The translations under genes and the position numbers were made by a program. A stretch of DNA of 64,000 nucleotides from a virus. Where the stretch lies: positions 38,000 through 101,999 of the IMG/VR virus record IMGVR_UViG_3300047564_002353. One strand, given 5' to 3'. Of the stretch, positions 19,426 through 28,753 are shown piece after piece (position 1 is the first letter of the stretch; each line of letters begins with the position of its first letter). The notes under the pieces were generated by a model. The model searched no databases and had not been told where the DNA came from. It was given only the letters and a program-made list of their open reading frames with translations.

Positions 19426-20256
19426 TTACACTTCAAGATCAAGCCACTCATAAACATTTAGCCATGGACGCTTGCCCACTGTTTCTTTTAAATGCGTTAA
19501 ATCTGCACAGGTTTTAGCCCTAAATCTTAACTTTTCGTCTTCGGGCATTGGAATCATTTTGACCTCGACTTGCTCTTGTTCTGCAATATATTCTGCAATA
19601 TCTAAAAAGCTATGACTTAATCCGCTGCCTACATTCCAAATGCCGCTGCCTTTAACTGTATTCATAAAATCTAAATGTAATTTACAGATATCTCCGACCC
19701 ATGTCCAATCACGTTTTATATGTTCAGCATTATCCCAAACTTCAATATATCCTTGTTTACGAGCTTGTTGACGCCATTTGTAGATTGCATTGGCTCTACG
19801 ACCACGCAAGTGCATCCACTTTCCGTAAACGTTGAAGTATCTAAAACCTTGTACAAAGGCAGTATGCGTTTGATTAAAAATGTATCTATCGATCAGATAC
19901 TTACTCCAAGCATAAGGAGTTTGTGGATAACATTCGGCATATTCACTAAAATTTTTAGTGTTGCCATAGACACTGCTAGAGCTAGCATATTGAAGATTTA
20001 CACCATGCTTTTGGCATTCGTGATACAACCAAACAGTGAAATCATAATTTTGATACATGACTTTTTCTACATTTGTTTCAGTCATGTCTGCTATGGCGCC
20101 AAGATGAATGACCCAATCGTATTCTAATACGTCAGGCCATTCATCTCTATTTGCACGCCAATCCCAACCATCGACAGTCCATTCTGGTTGGTGTCCAAAA
20201 TAGGACATCATATTCCGGCCAATAAATCCTTCACTACCGGTAATGAGAACTCTCAT
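19426..20256 (-). CDS. NAD-dependent epimerase, ADP-L-glycero-D-manno-heptose 6-epimerase (HldD)-like
   Basis: TGSEGFIG, HLGA, YASSSSVYG, YAWSK, RYFNVYG. Confidence 0.85.
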   Translation of the reverse strand: MRVLITGSEGFIGRNMMSYFGHQPEWTVDGWDWRANRDEWPDVLEYDWVIHLGAIADMTETNVEKVMYQNYDFTVWLYHECQKHGVNLQYASSSSVYGNTKNFSEYAECYPQTPYAWSKYLIDRYIFNQTHTAFVQGFRYFNVYGKWMHLRGRRANAIYKWRQQARKQGYIEVWDNAEHIKRDWTWVGDICKLHLDFMNTVKGSGIWNVGSGLSHSFLDIAEYIAEQEQVEVKMIPMPEDEKLRFRAKTCADLTHLKETVGKRPWLNVYEWLDLEV

Positions 20257-20289
20257 ATATACCCCTCTTAGAGGTATTTATTGAGAGGG

Positions 20290-20736
20290 TCATCTCCTAT
20301 TATTTTTATAGTCCTCGTTAATAATAGTTTTTTTAGCATGGCATACAAAACATAAACATTTTACATTGGCGGCAGAATCATCACCACCATCTGCTCTACG
20401 TGTTTCATTATGGTCACCATGCATTAATACTCTAGCAACTCTACGTTTAATCATTTCATCTGCAATATCTTTTAAACGAGAATCTTCTAGAGAATTATAC
20501 CCGCACTCAGAACAAATCCAAGATCTATGAAATGTATGTAGACGATCAATACGACCCATACCACCATACTCTCTTTGCATGAGCTGATGTTCTCTACATA
20601 GTACATCCTGCCCCGGACCTTGCATCTGTGTAAGTTCGCTGCCACAACCTGGAACAGCACAAATTTTTCCTTCGTCCTTTAACAACTGAGTTGTGGTTTT
20701 AAACTTGTCATACTTGTAGTCCCTAAGAGTTTTCAT
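20290..20736 (-). CDS. Zn-finger HNH endonuclease-like protein
   Basis: CAVPGC, CSECG, DH....ADGG.D...N...LCFVCHAKKT. Confidence 0.7.
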   Translation of the reverse strand: MKTLRDYKYDKFKTTTQLLKDEGKICAVPGCGSELTQMQGPGQDVLCREHQLMQREYGGMGRIDRLHTFHRSWICSECGYNSLEDSRLKDIADEMIKRRVARVLMHGDHNETRRADGGDDSAANVKCLCFVCHAKKTIINEDYKNNRR

Positions 20737-21899
20737 ATAAACAAGTCCTCATCAGCTGGAACGAATTCGCTGTTGGTTCTAGGTTCTGGAAATTCCAAAT
20801 GAGGAAGATTTTTAGAAAGCTGTTTAACTAAGAAGGGATAACCGTGTAATGGCTCTTTATTAAATCGAGAGCTAACTCCATACACATGAGCATCATGCCA
20901 TACTTGATATGCAATCTGTGCCCGGACCCAAAATGTACTATTGGGTTCGAAATCACAATTCCAATATTTTTTAGTAATGCTTGCAATTTCATAAATGTAA
21001 GAGCTGTCTACTTTAATTTTGGCAGCACGACAGCGATCAAAGAAATATGACATCATGACAATTTCTTTTTCCACTACTGGACGATTATGACATCCTGCTG
21101 CTACAAGATAATCGCACACCCAATCCAATGTTTCTGGATTTAGTTTCATAAATTCTTGAGTACGACTGATTGCTCCTGCTTGTTTAGAATCTCCAAAATC
21201 AGTTTTGGTTAAAAAGAGATCATATTTTTCCAAAATTTGTTGTTTAGCTTCAACAAGGATCCATTCTGGTTTTTTAGATCCGTCAATTCGAACACCGTAA
21301 ATCATTTGCTCAATTTGATCAAACGTGTCTAATAGTTCTTTATATTCTCCACCATTGTGTCCAACAAAACTATCACGCATTTCAGGCTTTTGATCTGTTT
21401 TGTAAACATTAACAGGAACCATAATTTCGTCTTTTTCTGGATCTAATTCAAAAATCTGTGTTGCAATTATCCATAGTACCACCAAAGTATGTTGACCATC
21501 CCATGCCACATATTCTTCTTTCTTTTTATTTGGTTTGTAAACCTGTATAGGCATAACTTTAACAGGATTGAAATTGTTTAAAATTTCGCAACACCAAAAA
21601 TGTTTAAGTAATCGTTGCATGGTCGCATCGATTTTTGAAAACTTCATTTGGATATTTTTTGATTCCGGGAGTTTATCTAGCAGATCATCCCAATTTTTAA
21701 TATCAGGATTTCTCCTACGCCATTCTGCTATGGCTGCGGATAATGATCTATCCACTGTTCGTTGAGTAATCGAAGGCAGATCGTTATATGTGTCGTTCCA
21801 ACGATCTTTAATTTTTAGAATTAAACTTGCACCATTATTAAAACGTGCATTTTTTTGGCTTGCATAGCTCGTGGCTACATTGATAGTTTTAGTAAGCAT
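20733..21899 (-). CDS. ParB/DGQHR-like domain protein
   Basis: ID..MQR and WDGQHT motifs; probable start MLTKTINV after AGGAG. Confidence 0.65.
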   Translation of the reverse strand: MLTKTINVATSYASQKNARFNNGASLILKIKDRWNDTYNDLPSITQRTVDRSLSAAIAEWRRRNPDIKNWDDLLDKLPESKNIQMKFSKIDATMQRLLKHFWCCEILNNFNPVKVMPIQVYKPNKKKEEYVAWDGQHTLVVLWIIATQIFELDPEKDEIMVPVNVYKTDQKPEMRDSFVGHNGGEYKELLDTFDQIEQMIYGVRIDGSKKPEWILVEAKQQILEKYDLFLTKTDFGDSKQAGAISRTQEFMKLNPETLDWVCDYLVAAGCHNRPVVEKEIVMMSYFFDRCRAAKIKVDSSYIYEIASITKKYWNCDFEPNSTFWVRAQIAYQVWHDAHVYGVSSRFNKEPLHGYPFLVKQLSKNLPHLEFPEPRTNSEFVPADEDLFI

Positions 21900-21955
21900 T
21901 TTAGTTCTCCTATGTTTGCTTAGTTCCAGGCGGCCCATCCGCATATGGTGAAGTG

Positions 21956-22025
21956 ATTATATGGTTATTGATCTTAATTGTCAAATCTAATTTTACTTGA
22001 CTTTTACCAAATATTCTAATATAAT
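21956..22025. promoter_or_regulatory. Divergent sigma70 promoters at the strand switch
   Basis: Minus: TTGACA-17-TATAAT (21984-21956); plus: TTGACT-17-TATAAT (21997-22025). Confidence 0.85.
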
Positions 22026-22042
22026 AGCATCATGTTCAACAA

Positions 22043-22243
22043 ATGCAGGAACTTTCCATGCGTTACATTTTTGCAATTATTACTTTATCGCTAACAGCAT
22101 GTTCTACTATTGAACAAATAGCAACAACTTGTCCAGGACTACGTCCGCATGATCCCCAAATGTGTAGAGGCGAGTTTTTCCAACAACTGCCCAATTTTGA
22201 AAACGAAGCATTGATCCGTAGACAACGTGGAGAAATTTGGTAA
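22043..22243 (+). CDS. Small putative lipoprotein
   Basis: LTAC lipobox. Confidence 0.55.
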   Translation: MQELSMRYIFAIITLSLTACSTIEQIATTCPGLRPHDPQMCRGEFFQQLPNFENEALIRRQRGEIW

Positions 22244-22566
22244 TGAAAGCATACAAGGAAATTACTGATTGGGCAAGCCCTAATCATACCTATCTTTTGG
22301 ATGGTACAAACCTAGTGGCTTATATTATAGACGGAACTAATAATCCGTTTTATTTTAAGAATCCAATTAAAGGATTTGACAAGCGTGGTCGCAAATTTAT
22401 CGAATTAGATGACAACCCGTTCGAAGTGAAAGTACAATCCGCTCTTAGAGAAGTTAAGGGCAGTAAAGGTAATAGCTATTTTGTTAACGATGTAGAAGGC
22501 ACTTGCACCTGTCCAGGCTTTATATACAGAGGCAAGTGTAAACACGTGGAGACAGACAGTGAATAA
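22243..22566 (+). CDS. SWIM zinc-finger protein
   Basis: CTCPGF.YRG.CKH. Confidence 0.75.
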   Translation: MKAYKEITDWASPNHTYLLDGTNLVAYIIDGTNNPFYFKNPIKGFDKRGRKFIELDDNPFEVKVQSALREVKGSKGNSYFVNDVEGTCTCPGFIYRGKCKHVETDSE

Positions 22567-22768
22567 TCGACTTGAAGATTTGTTGTACCAATCTGGACTG
22601 ACTGCACAGGGCTGTTGGGACGAGCTTGACGACTATGCAAAGCAAGGTATAGAAAAGTTCGCCGAGTTGATTGTGCGAGACAATATCCAGACCTTGCGTA
22701 GTAACGGCTATGACGATGCAGCACAGTGTCTACAGGATATACACTTTGGACTTGACTATCCAGTATGA
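22559..22768 (+). CDS. MNERI/FAELIV family small protein
   Basis: MNNRL...EKFAELIV...HFG. Confidence 0.65.
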   Translation: MNNRLEDLLYQSGLTAQGCWDELDDYAKQGIEKFAELIVRDNIQTLRSNGYDDAAQCLQDIHFGLDYPV

Positions 22769-23220
22769 CTAAAAGAATCTTTTATGAAAAGGTTGGGCGT
22801 AGGTACAAGCCTGTGTATGAGTATGACCAAGGCCTGATGGATGCTTTTCCTAAAGGCATTCATTTGATTATGTGCTACCCTGGAGGGCAATCAACTCGTT
22901 ACAGTGTTGATCCTAACTATGCTGCTATGATTGCCGCAGGCCGTGTTGCCGAAGATGCTATCTGCGAAGCTATTCGTAAAGCGTCTGAACTACGTCCTAC
23001 TCGTACAGCTATGACACAGGCAGAAATTGACGCTTGGGAAAATCTTGTTGAAGTATGGGGAGAGAATGTACGAACACTAAATGGATTGTCAGTGCGCGAC
23101 ATTGCCGAAGCCGGTGTTAAGGCTATGATGTCAGAAGCTGATCAACTACTACAGAATCCCAGTGTGCGCCTAGCATACGAAAAGTTTTTAACAGTGGCCA
23201 GATTGGTCAAGGAGAAATAA
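22765..23220 (+). CDS. Hypothetical protein
   Basis: 151 aa, coupled ORF. Confidence 0.65.
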   Translation: MTKRIFYEKVGRRYKPVYEYDQGLMDAFPKGIHLIMCYPGGQSTRYSVDPNYAAMIAAGRVAEDAICEAIRKASELRPTRTAMTQAEIDAWENLVEVWGENVRTLNGLSVRDIAEAGVKAMMSEADQLLQNPSVRLAYEKFLTVARLVKEK

Positions 23221-23495
23221 TGACAGATTTGTTATACTTTTTTGCTGTACCTATTTTTATTATCATTATATTCACAATGTTGTACAGAGGCGGTAGCAAG
23301 AACTATAAGATTATTAAAGAAACAAACACATTAGGAGAATCAAAATACGAAGTGTGGTTTGAATACGAAAGTCTAGACTGTGCCAGTCGCAATTGGCACA
23401 AGGAAGCAGAGTATGCTACATTAGAAGAAGCAGACGCATTCATAGCTAGACAATTTAAAACTAGAGAAACCGTTAGAGAAGGAAAACTAAAATGA
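23220..23495 (+). CDS. Hypothetical membrane-anchored protein
   Basis: N-terminal TM segment, AGGAG RBS. Confidence 0.6.
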   Translation: MTDLLYFFAVPIFIIIIFTMLYRGGSKNYKIIKETNTLGESKYEVWFEYESLDCASRNWHKEAEYATLEEADAFIARQFKTRETVREGKLK

Positions 23496-23683
23496 TTTTT
23501 ATTGCTATGTTTACTGCTATTGCTTCCTTCTTCCTAGCAGGTATGCATGCCAGTTTGATTACAACAAACAAACAGGATAAACTAACCGTTAGACCAATGC
23601 AATACATTTGGATTGGTATCCTTATTCTTAATGGATTGTACTTTTTTATTTCCAGCATTGGTTATTACTCTTGTGACATATGA
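23492..23683 (+). CDS. Small membrane protein
   Basis: Two hydrophobic segments. Confidence 0.55.
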   Translation: MIFIAMFTAIASFFLAGMHASLITTNKQDKLTVRPMQYIWIGILILNGLYFFISSIGYYSCDI

Positions 23684-23913
23684 AACTTAAAACTTGTGAA
23701 GTAGGCATGTTTAAACTGCCAGGTATTATTGTCGAACGTCCAGAAGATTGGAGTGACCATCTATGGGAATCTACACAAGATGAAATGGATGTATGGGCCG
23801 CCAGTGAACAAGGCACGGGAACACGCATGACAGAATATCTTTGGAGCTTTCGTAAAGAAAGTCAAAGAGATTGGTTTATATTAAGATGGAGTGGTAATGA
23901 AGAGACGAATTAA
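23680..23913 (+). CDS. F-x-L-K/R-W family small protein
   Basis: C-terminal FRKESQRDWFILRWS. Confidence 0.7.
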   Translation: MKLKTCEVGMFKLPGIIVERPEDWSDHLWESTQDEMDVWAASEQGTGTRMTEYLWSFRKESQRDWFILRWSGNEETN

Positions 23914-24196
23914 AAAGGTAGATCGAAGATTCAAAGGGTTTCATGATTGGAAATATTATGTAGATCTAGTTAAGTCGCCTATAGCCACAGAAGAACATTT
24001 TTATAATATCCAAGTATGGTGTTGGGATACATGGGGTCCTAGCAAGGAAATATCTTTTTGGAATGAAGCTAGAGATAAAGGTTGGCGAGATAAAACACAA
24101 AACGATAAGTGGTGTTGGCATCTCGACGAGTGGACTGCTAGAATATACTTGAAGTCTGATAAAGAAGCAGACTGGTTTTCACTAAAGTATGCGTAA
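23897..24196 (+). CDS. F-x-L-K/R-W family small protein
   Basis: WCWDTWG; C-terminal ADWFSLKYA. Confidence 0.7.
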   Translation: MKRRIKKVDRRFKGFHDWKYYVDLVKSPIATEEHFYNIQVWCWDTWGPSKEISFWNEARDKGWRDKTQNDKWCWHLDEWTARIYLKSDKEADWFSLKYA

Positions 24197-24458
24197 GCGA
24201 GCTATCGTGAACAGTAGAAATATACGCGACGATTACTTTATTGCTCTAAGAAAAGCTTGGATGGAGTTCCACAAACCTAGAGATACTATGGCATCACCGG
24301 AAAATCATCGGTTGAATACTAACGATTTTTATCGTTACTGCGAAAACAAATGGGGCTTCAAAGTCTTACAATCGGATGGAGGTATCAGTGAAAACTATAG
24401 TGTAGTAGACGATGCTAAATTTATGTTGTTTAAATTAAAATACTATTCTCGTGTATAA
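24189..24458 (+). CDS. F-x-L-K/R-W family small protein
   Basis: C-terminal DDAKFMLFKLKY. Confidence 0.7.
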   Translation: MRKRAIVNSRNIRDDYFIALRKAWMEFHKPRDTMASPENHRLNTNDFYRYCENKWGFKVLQSDGGISENYSVVDDAKFMLFKLKYYSRV

Positions 24459-24834
24459 ATGGCAACAGGAAATTTTAAATCGAATGGCACAATTTAAAGG
24501 CAAAGGATTGATTACAATGACCGGACGAGGTAGTGGCAAGTCTTGGAATCGAGATGCTGTTCGACGGCTGATAGACGATCTTGGACCATATACTCTTAAA
24601 ACTGAAGTAAGACAACTGCACGAAGAGCCTTACTATGTTATCCAGCCTGTAGGCTGGATGAATGCTAGCGAGAACAGCCAATGGAGTAATATGGTTGGCT
24701 GGTGCGTAGAAACATTTGGTCCTACTAGTGACGACGGTGTGTGGACTCCTGGACAGCGTTGGTATGTGAACAATGCTAAGTTTTGGTTCAAAGATGTCAA
24801 AGACAGAGATTGGTTTATCCTGAGGTGGTCATGA
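24451..24834 (+). CDS. F-x-L-K/R-W family protein with a P-loop-like N-terminus
   Basis: TGRGSGKS; WCVETFG; C-terminal RDWFILRWS. Confidence 0.7.
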   Translation: MYKWQQEILNRMAQFKGKGLITMTGRGSGKSWNRDAVRRLIDDLGPYTLKTEVRQLHEEPYYVIQPVGWMNASENSQWSNMVGWCVETFGPTSDDGVWTPGQRWYVNNAKFWFKDVKDRDWFILRWS

Positions 24835-25040
24835 GAGTTTTGAATAAAAAATATTGGCCGCATCTAGTGGTTATTGATAAACCCAGTGACACATTAAATC
24901 TTACAGAAATGGAAATATGGTTAGGTAATCAATTTAAGACTTATCATAAAAGATGGTATATTGTTCAAGGATTTCGTCATACAGAATTTTATTTTAAAAC
25001 TGAAAAAGATGCACATTGGTTTTCTTTGAGATGGTTATGA
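24831..25040 (+). CDS. F-x-L-K/R-W family small protein
   Basis: C-terminal FKTEKDAHWFSLRWL. Confidence 0.7.
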   Translation: MRVLNKKYWPHLVVIDKPSDTLNLTEMEIWLGNQFKTYHKRWYIVQGFRHTEFYFKTEKDAHWFSLRWL

Positions 25041-25321
25041 CTACACGAATCGATTTGATCTCAGGTGTAGGTTGGATGCTGTTTCACGAGTTACACGAAC
25101 AGTATGCAGGCATGCCTGGAGAACAGTTTGTCGAACTGTTCGAACAGACTTATCACTGTCGAATCGGATACTCATTTGTAAAACCAGTAGAAGGAGCTGC
25201 ACCTGTGAAACATTTCTATATGGAATTTACTCCAGAACAGTTTACTATGTTTCAATTAAAATACGCAGATCATCCTCAAAGAATAGTTTTTATGCCTGAA
25301 GAGCGGTTCAGTGATAATTGA
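25037..25321 (+). CDS. F-x-L-K/R-W family small protein
   Basis: FTPEQFTMFQLKY. Confidence 0.65.
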   Translation: MTTRIDLISGVGWMLFHELHEQYAGMPGEQFVELFEQTYHCRIGYSFVKPVEGAAPVKHFYMEFTPEQFTMFQLKYADHPQRIVFMPEERFSDN

Positions 25322-25589
25322 TATTACAGAACTGTTTACAATACAACACAAAGCTATGGCCTCAGTGCTTGACTGGTTGGATCATCACGTAGGCACATAC
25401 ATAGGACCAGGCACTGGATTCTGTGATGATTTATACATCGATGGTGGAAGAGAATCTGTATTACATATCGGTCAAGGTTGGCAAATTAGTGCAGTAGATT
25501 ATGTAGATGGATATGGTCATACAATGATCTATGAATTAGATATCACCGACGATAAGTTGGCTACATTTTTTATATTGAAGTTTTTATAA
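25311..25589 (+). CDS. F-x-L-K/R-W family small protein
   Basis: WLDHHVG; C-terminal ATFFILKFL. Confidence 0.7.
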   Translation: MIIDITELFTIQHKAMASVLDWLDHHVGTYIGPGTGFCDDLYIDGGRESVLHIGQGWQISAVDYVDGYGHTMIYELDITDDKLATFFILKFL

Positions 25590-25828
25590 TGAGCGTACAG
25601 AAACTATTTGTGAATCATATTGACGCTAATCGTACTTTGGACATTGTCTACGAACTTAGAGCCATGGGTCTACAAAATGGTATAGACTTTAACTTCTGTT
25701 ATATTAATAGAGAACAAGGTTGGCTAACGCTTGATGAAGACGGAGAGCCATATGAAGAACCTTGGGGTGCTGAATTCACTTTTACAGACGAGAAGTGGGC
25801 CACTTGGTTCACACTAAAATACCTATGA
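25589..25828 (+). CDS. F-x-L-K/R-W family small protein
   Basis: C-terminal FTDEKWATWFTLKYL. Confidence 0.7.
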   Translation: MSVQKLFVNHIDANRTLDIVYELRAMGLQNGIDFNFCYINREQGWLTLDEDGEPYEEPWGAEFTFTDEKWATWFTLKYL

Positions 25829-26142
25829 CAATAACTAGATCAGAGATAGAAGAAGAACTAACTGCTGAGATGGCTAAGACTATACAAGAAGAATTAGATG
25901 CTGATATTATTTGGCATTTAATTGAACGAGAAAACTGGCCTTATGATTATTATATCGAATTGCGACCAATGGATCTGGCCTGGGTTAGTCAGACTTTTAA
26001 GGTAGAAGATTTTATATATAGAAACGGTACTATATACTTCAAACAGGAAAAACATCTAACGTGGATGAAATTAAAATATCCAGGGTCTCAGCCTTTAAGG
26101 AGAGCATAATAGGCTACTTGGTTCACACTAAAATATCTATGA
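25802..26142 (+). repeat. 27-bp direct repeat flanking one gene
   Basis: acttggttcacactaaaata(c/t)ctatga at 25802-25828 and 26116-26142. Confidence 0.85.
25825..26109 (+). CDS. F-x-L-K/R-W family small protein
   Basis: FKQEKHLTWMKLKY. Confidence 0.7.
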   Translation: MTITRSEIEEELTAEMAKTIQEELDADIIWHLIERENWPYDYYIELRPMDLAWVSQTFKVEDFIYRNGTIYFKQEKHLTWMKLKYPGSQPLRRA

Positions 26143-26390
26143 AATTAATACAAACACTTTGGTGGAAGTACTTTCCGGGAGTGAAAGTGAAAATTGCTTG
26201 GCCTTTAGATCAACCTGCAGATCCGAACGAACATTACAGACCGTGGATAGAAAAACATATAGGCAAACAAGGATGGCACTGGGACTGGACTATGGAAGAT
26301 AACGATGCTGCCGATAACTTATTAACTCTAAAAGTTTGCAAAAGTAAAAGTAAGTATGCTACAATTGCCGCATTACAATGGAGCAAATGA
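26139..26390 (+). CDS. F-x-L-K/R-W family small protein (divergent)
   Basis: WIEKHIG; C-terminal ATIAALQWS. Confidence 0.65.
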   Translation: MKLIQTLWWKYFPGVKVKIAWPLDQPADPNEHYRPWIEKHIGKQGWHWDWTMEDNDAADNLLTLKVCKSKSKYATIAALQWSK

Positions 26391-26587
26391 AATTTAAGAT
26401 CGATATACCCAAAGATAGGAAAGGCTATTGGGTAGAACTTCATAGTCCGCACCTGCTTCATGAATTAAAGATGATCGAAATAGATCTTTGGGTTAAAGAA
26501 AATCGATTAGGCAAGCGTATGGCTTTCAATATGTGGAAACTTAAAAACGAAAAAGCACGTAATTGGTTTATACTAAAATGGAGTTAA
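26387..26587 (+). CDS. F-x-L-K/R-W family small protein
   Basis: C-terminal RNWFILKWS. Confidence 0.7.
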   Translation: MKFKIDIPKDRKGYWVELHSPHLLHELKMIEIDLWVKENRLGKRMAFNMWKLKNEKARNWFILKWS

Positions 26588-26588
26588 T

Positions 26589-26819
26589 ATGAATATTGAC
26601 TTATTACCTTGGATATTAATTGTACAAATTTGGACAGCAGACAGTCCTGGACAGATTAATTTAGTATATAGAAAAGAGTATCCAAAATATGAAGAATGTA
26701 TGGCAGCACGTAAAGAATGGATTGACAAAAAATTTGTCGCAATATGTGGAGTTAAAAGTGAAACCAATAAAGATGCATCAGAGAACTTGGAAACGTCTCC
26801 TAGAAAGACTGCACACTGA
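26589..26819 (+). CDS. Small exported protein (W-I-L...Y-E-E-C...C type)
   Basis: Hydrophobic start and a pair of Cys; similar to 29694 and 36614. Confidence 0.5.
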   Translation: MNIDLLPWILIVQIWTADSPGQINLVYRKEYPKYEECMAARKEWIDKKFVAICGVKSETNKDASENLETSPRKTAH

Positions 26820-27102
26820 ATATCCTAACAGTTATTTTCTCAGACACAAAATGAAAGAGAAGTTAGGATTCACTGTGCGTGAGCATAATGCTTGGATTCC
26901 TAATAAAAACTATGCTCAAGAATATGCTACTTATGAAGAGGCTAAGAACAGTCCAGATGAGTTGAATATGTTATTGAGTTTGCCTCCGGAACATGGACGC
27001 ACAAGAACAGAAATACATTTAGATTTTTACAGTGAGAACAAACGCACAATGTTCTTACTCAAATACTCAGAGGAGTTAGCGAACGATGATAAAAGGTATT
27101 AA
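26758..27102 (+). CDS. F-x-L-K/R-W family protein
   Basis: C-terminal FYSENKRTMFLLKYS. Confidence 0.7.
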   Translation: MKPIKMHQRTWKRLLERLHTEYPNSYFLRHKMKEKLGFTVREHNAWIPNKNYAQEYATYEEAKNSPDELNMLLSLPPEHGRTRTEIHLDFYSENKRTMFLLKYSEELANDDKRY

Positions 27103-27469
27103 TAGCAGTAGTAAACATATTACAGTGATCGGAGGATCACCATCTAATCCTTACATAAGTCCAGGTGCAGTAGGTTCTGGTGCTGTACGCTGGAACGGTA
27201 ACACTAACTGTATGGAAATTAATGATGGCAATATGTGGCAGCAATTGAATAGTTCTTATACTAGCATAGATCTCGATGAAGAAGCTAAACAGATCCTAGC
27301 ATGGGCAGCTGAAAAGATGCGTAAAGAAAAGGAACTGGAAGCATTATGTGAGAAGTATCCTGGCCTGGCCAAGGCACGTGATAACTACGAACTATTCAAA
27401 AAGTTTGTAGATGCACAGGAGCAAGCAGACCACGATCACGAAGGAATGCAAGTAGCTGCATCACCTTAA
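27086..27469 (+). CDS. Hypothetical protein
   Basis: GGAG RBS; beta-rich N-terminus and helical C-terminus. Confidence 0.7.
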   Translation: MIKGINSSSKHITVIGGSPSNPYISPGAVGSGAVRWNGNTNCMEINDGNMWQQLNSSYTSIDLDEEAKQILAWAAEKMRKEKELEALCEKYPGLAKARDNYELFKKFVDAQEQADHDHEGMQVAASP

Positions 27470-27514
27470 AAAACTAGTATTTTTTAGATTTTTAAGACTG
27501 ATAAGTATTCTACT

Positions 27515-28357
27515 ATGAAAAAATTACTACTAACTACACTTTTGGCTTTTGCTTTGGCTGGTGTGGCAGAAGCAAAGCCTCATAAGAAACATAAAAAGAT
27601 TAAGAGCCGCAGTGCCAAGACTGTTCAAGTCAAAAAACAAAAGAGCACAGGCTATGTACATTATGCTACAGGCAGTTATGTATTGTTCGATTATGACAAC
27701 GGCGAATTTAACGACGAGTTTAATCGTAATCAAGTACGTAGTATAGCTAGCATTACTAAAATGTTTACTGCTATTACAGTGATTAATAGTAACGCTAATC
27801 TATACGAAAAACTGTATGTCACTGGTAAGAACGGCGGCAAAGTTCCCCGAGGCACTTATGTTACACGTATGGACTTGTTAAAGGCTATGGTAATGAACAG
27901 TGACAATCTTGCTGCTGAAGTCTTAGCTAACAATCATCCTGGCGGATTTGAAAAGTTTTTATTGGACGCTAACACTTACAATAAGAATATTGGCCTGATT
28001 CATACAGAGATAGTAGATAGTTCTGGATTGCTACCAGGCAATGTTAGCACAGCCAGTGAATTAGTCCTGTTCTTAAATTCAATTAAAGACAATGCAGTGA
28101 TACAAGACATTGGTGCACTACGTCAATATGACTTAGATGTACCAAAAGGTCGACGAACTTATCATATTAAATTTCATAACACTAATCCTGAACTGTATAA
28201 GTATGATAATATTCTAATCAGCAAGACAGGATTCACTAACAGTGCTGGTAGATGTGTTATGATGTTAGTGGAGAAAGGCCAAAAGACATATGCACTAATT
28301 GTACTTGGTCAACCAAATGTACAACGTCGTAGCCAAATAGTTGCTAAACTAATATGA
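27515..28357 (+). CDS. D-alanyl-D-alanine carboxy/endopeptidase (peptidase S11, PBP7-like)
   Basis: Signal peptide; SxxK (ASITK), SDN and KTG motifs; TAAGTA late promoter at 27502. Confidence 0.9.
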   Translation: MKKLLLTTLLAFALAGVAEAKPHKKHKKIKSRSAKTVQVKKQKSTGYVHYATGSYVLFDYDNGEFNDEFNRNQVRSIASITKMFTAITVINSNANLYEKLYVTGKNGGKVPRGTYVTRMDLLKAMVMNSDNLAAEVLANNHPGGFEKFLLDANTYNKNIGLIHTEIVDSSGLLPGNVSTASELVLFLNSIKDNAVIQDIGALRQYDLDVPKGRRTYHIKFHNTNPELYKYDNILISKTGFTNSAGRCVMMLVEKGQKTYALIVLGQPNVQRRSQIVAKLI

Positions 28358-28698
28358 GTGTAACCGGTTATCAACATACTTACTTTACAGGGTACTTAGG
28401 CGAAACTCCTACCAAACGTATCCACGAAAATATGGTTATAGAAGATAAGGTGCATAAAATACACGATGTAACTGTGCACCGTTTTACCATGAGCGATGTA
28501 GAAGATCCAGACTTATATGCTGCTGAACCATTAATCAAATGGCAACGTAGCGAAAAGGGTGCCTGGGTTATGGCTCACGCTGTGGAAAGTCCTGTTTGGC
28601 ACAGAATGATTGATCACTCCAGTTTTGGTTATACTTATGTTATCCGTGCTAGACTAAAAGACGTAGACTATACCTTTTATCAACTCAAATGGTCTTGA
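28354..28698 (+). CDS. F-x-L-K/R-W family protein
   Basis: DVEDPDLYAAEP; C-terminal YTFYQLKWS. Confidence 0.7.
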   Translation: MSVTGYQHTYFTGYLGETPTKRIHENMVIEDKVHKIHDVTVHRFTMSDVEDPDLYAAEPLIKWQRSEKGAWVMAHAVESPVWHRMIDHSSFGYTYVIRARLKDVDYTFYQLKWS

Positions 28699-28753
28699 CT
28701 TAAAGACTAATCTGCTGTACAATACCTATATTACTAACTAATCAGGAGCTGCA

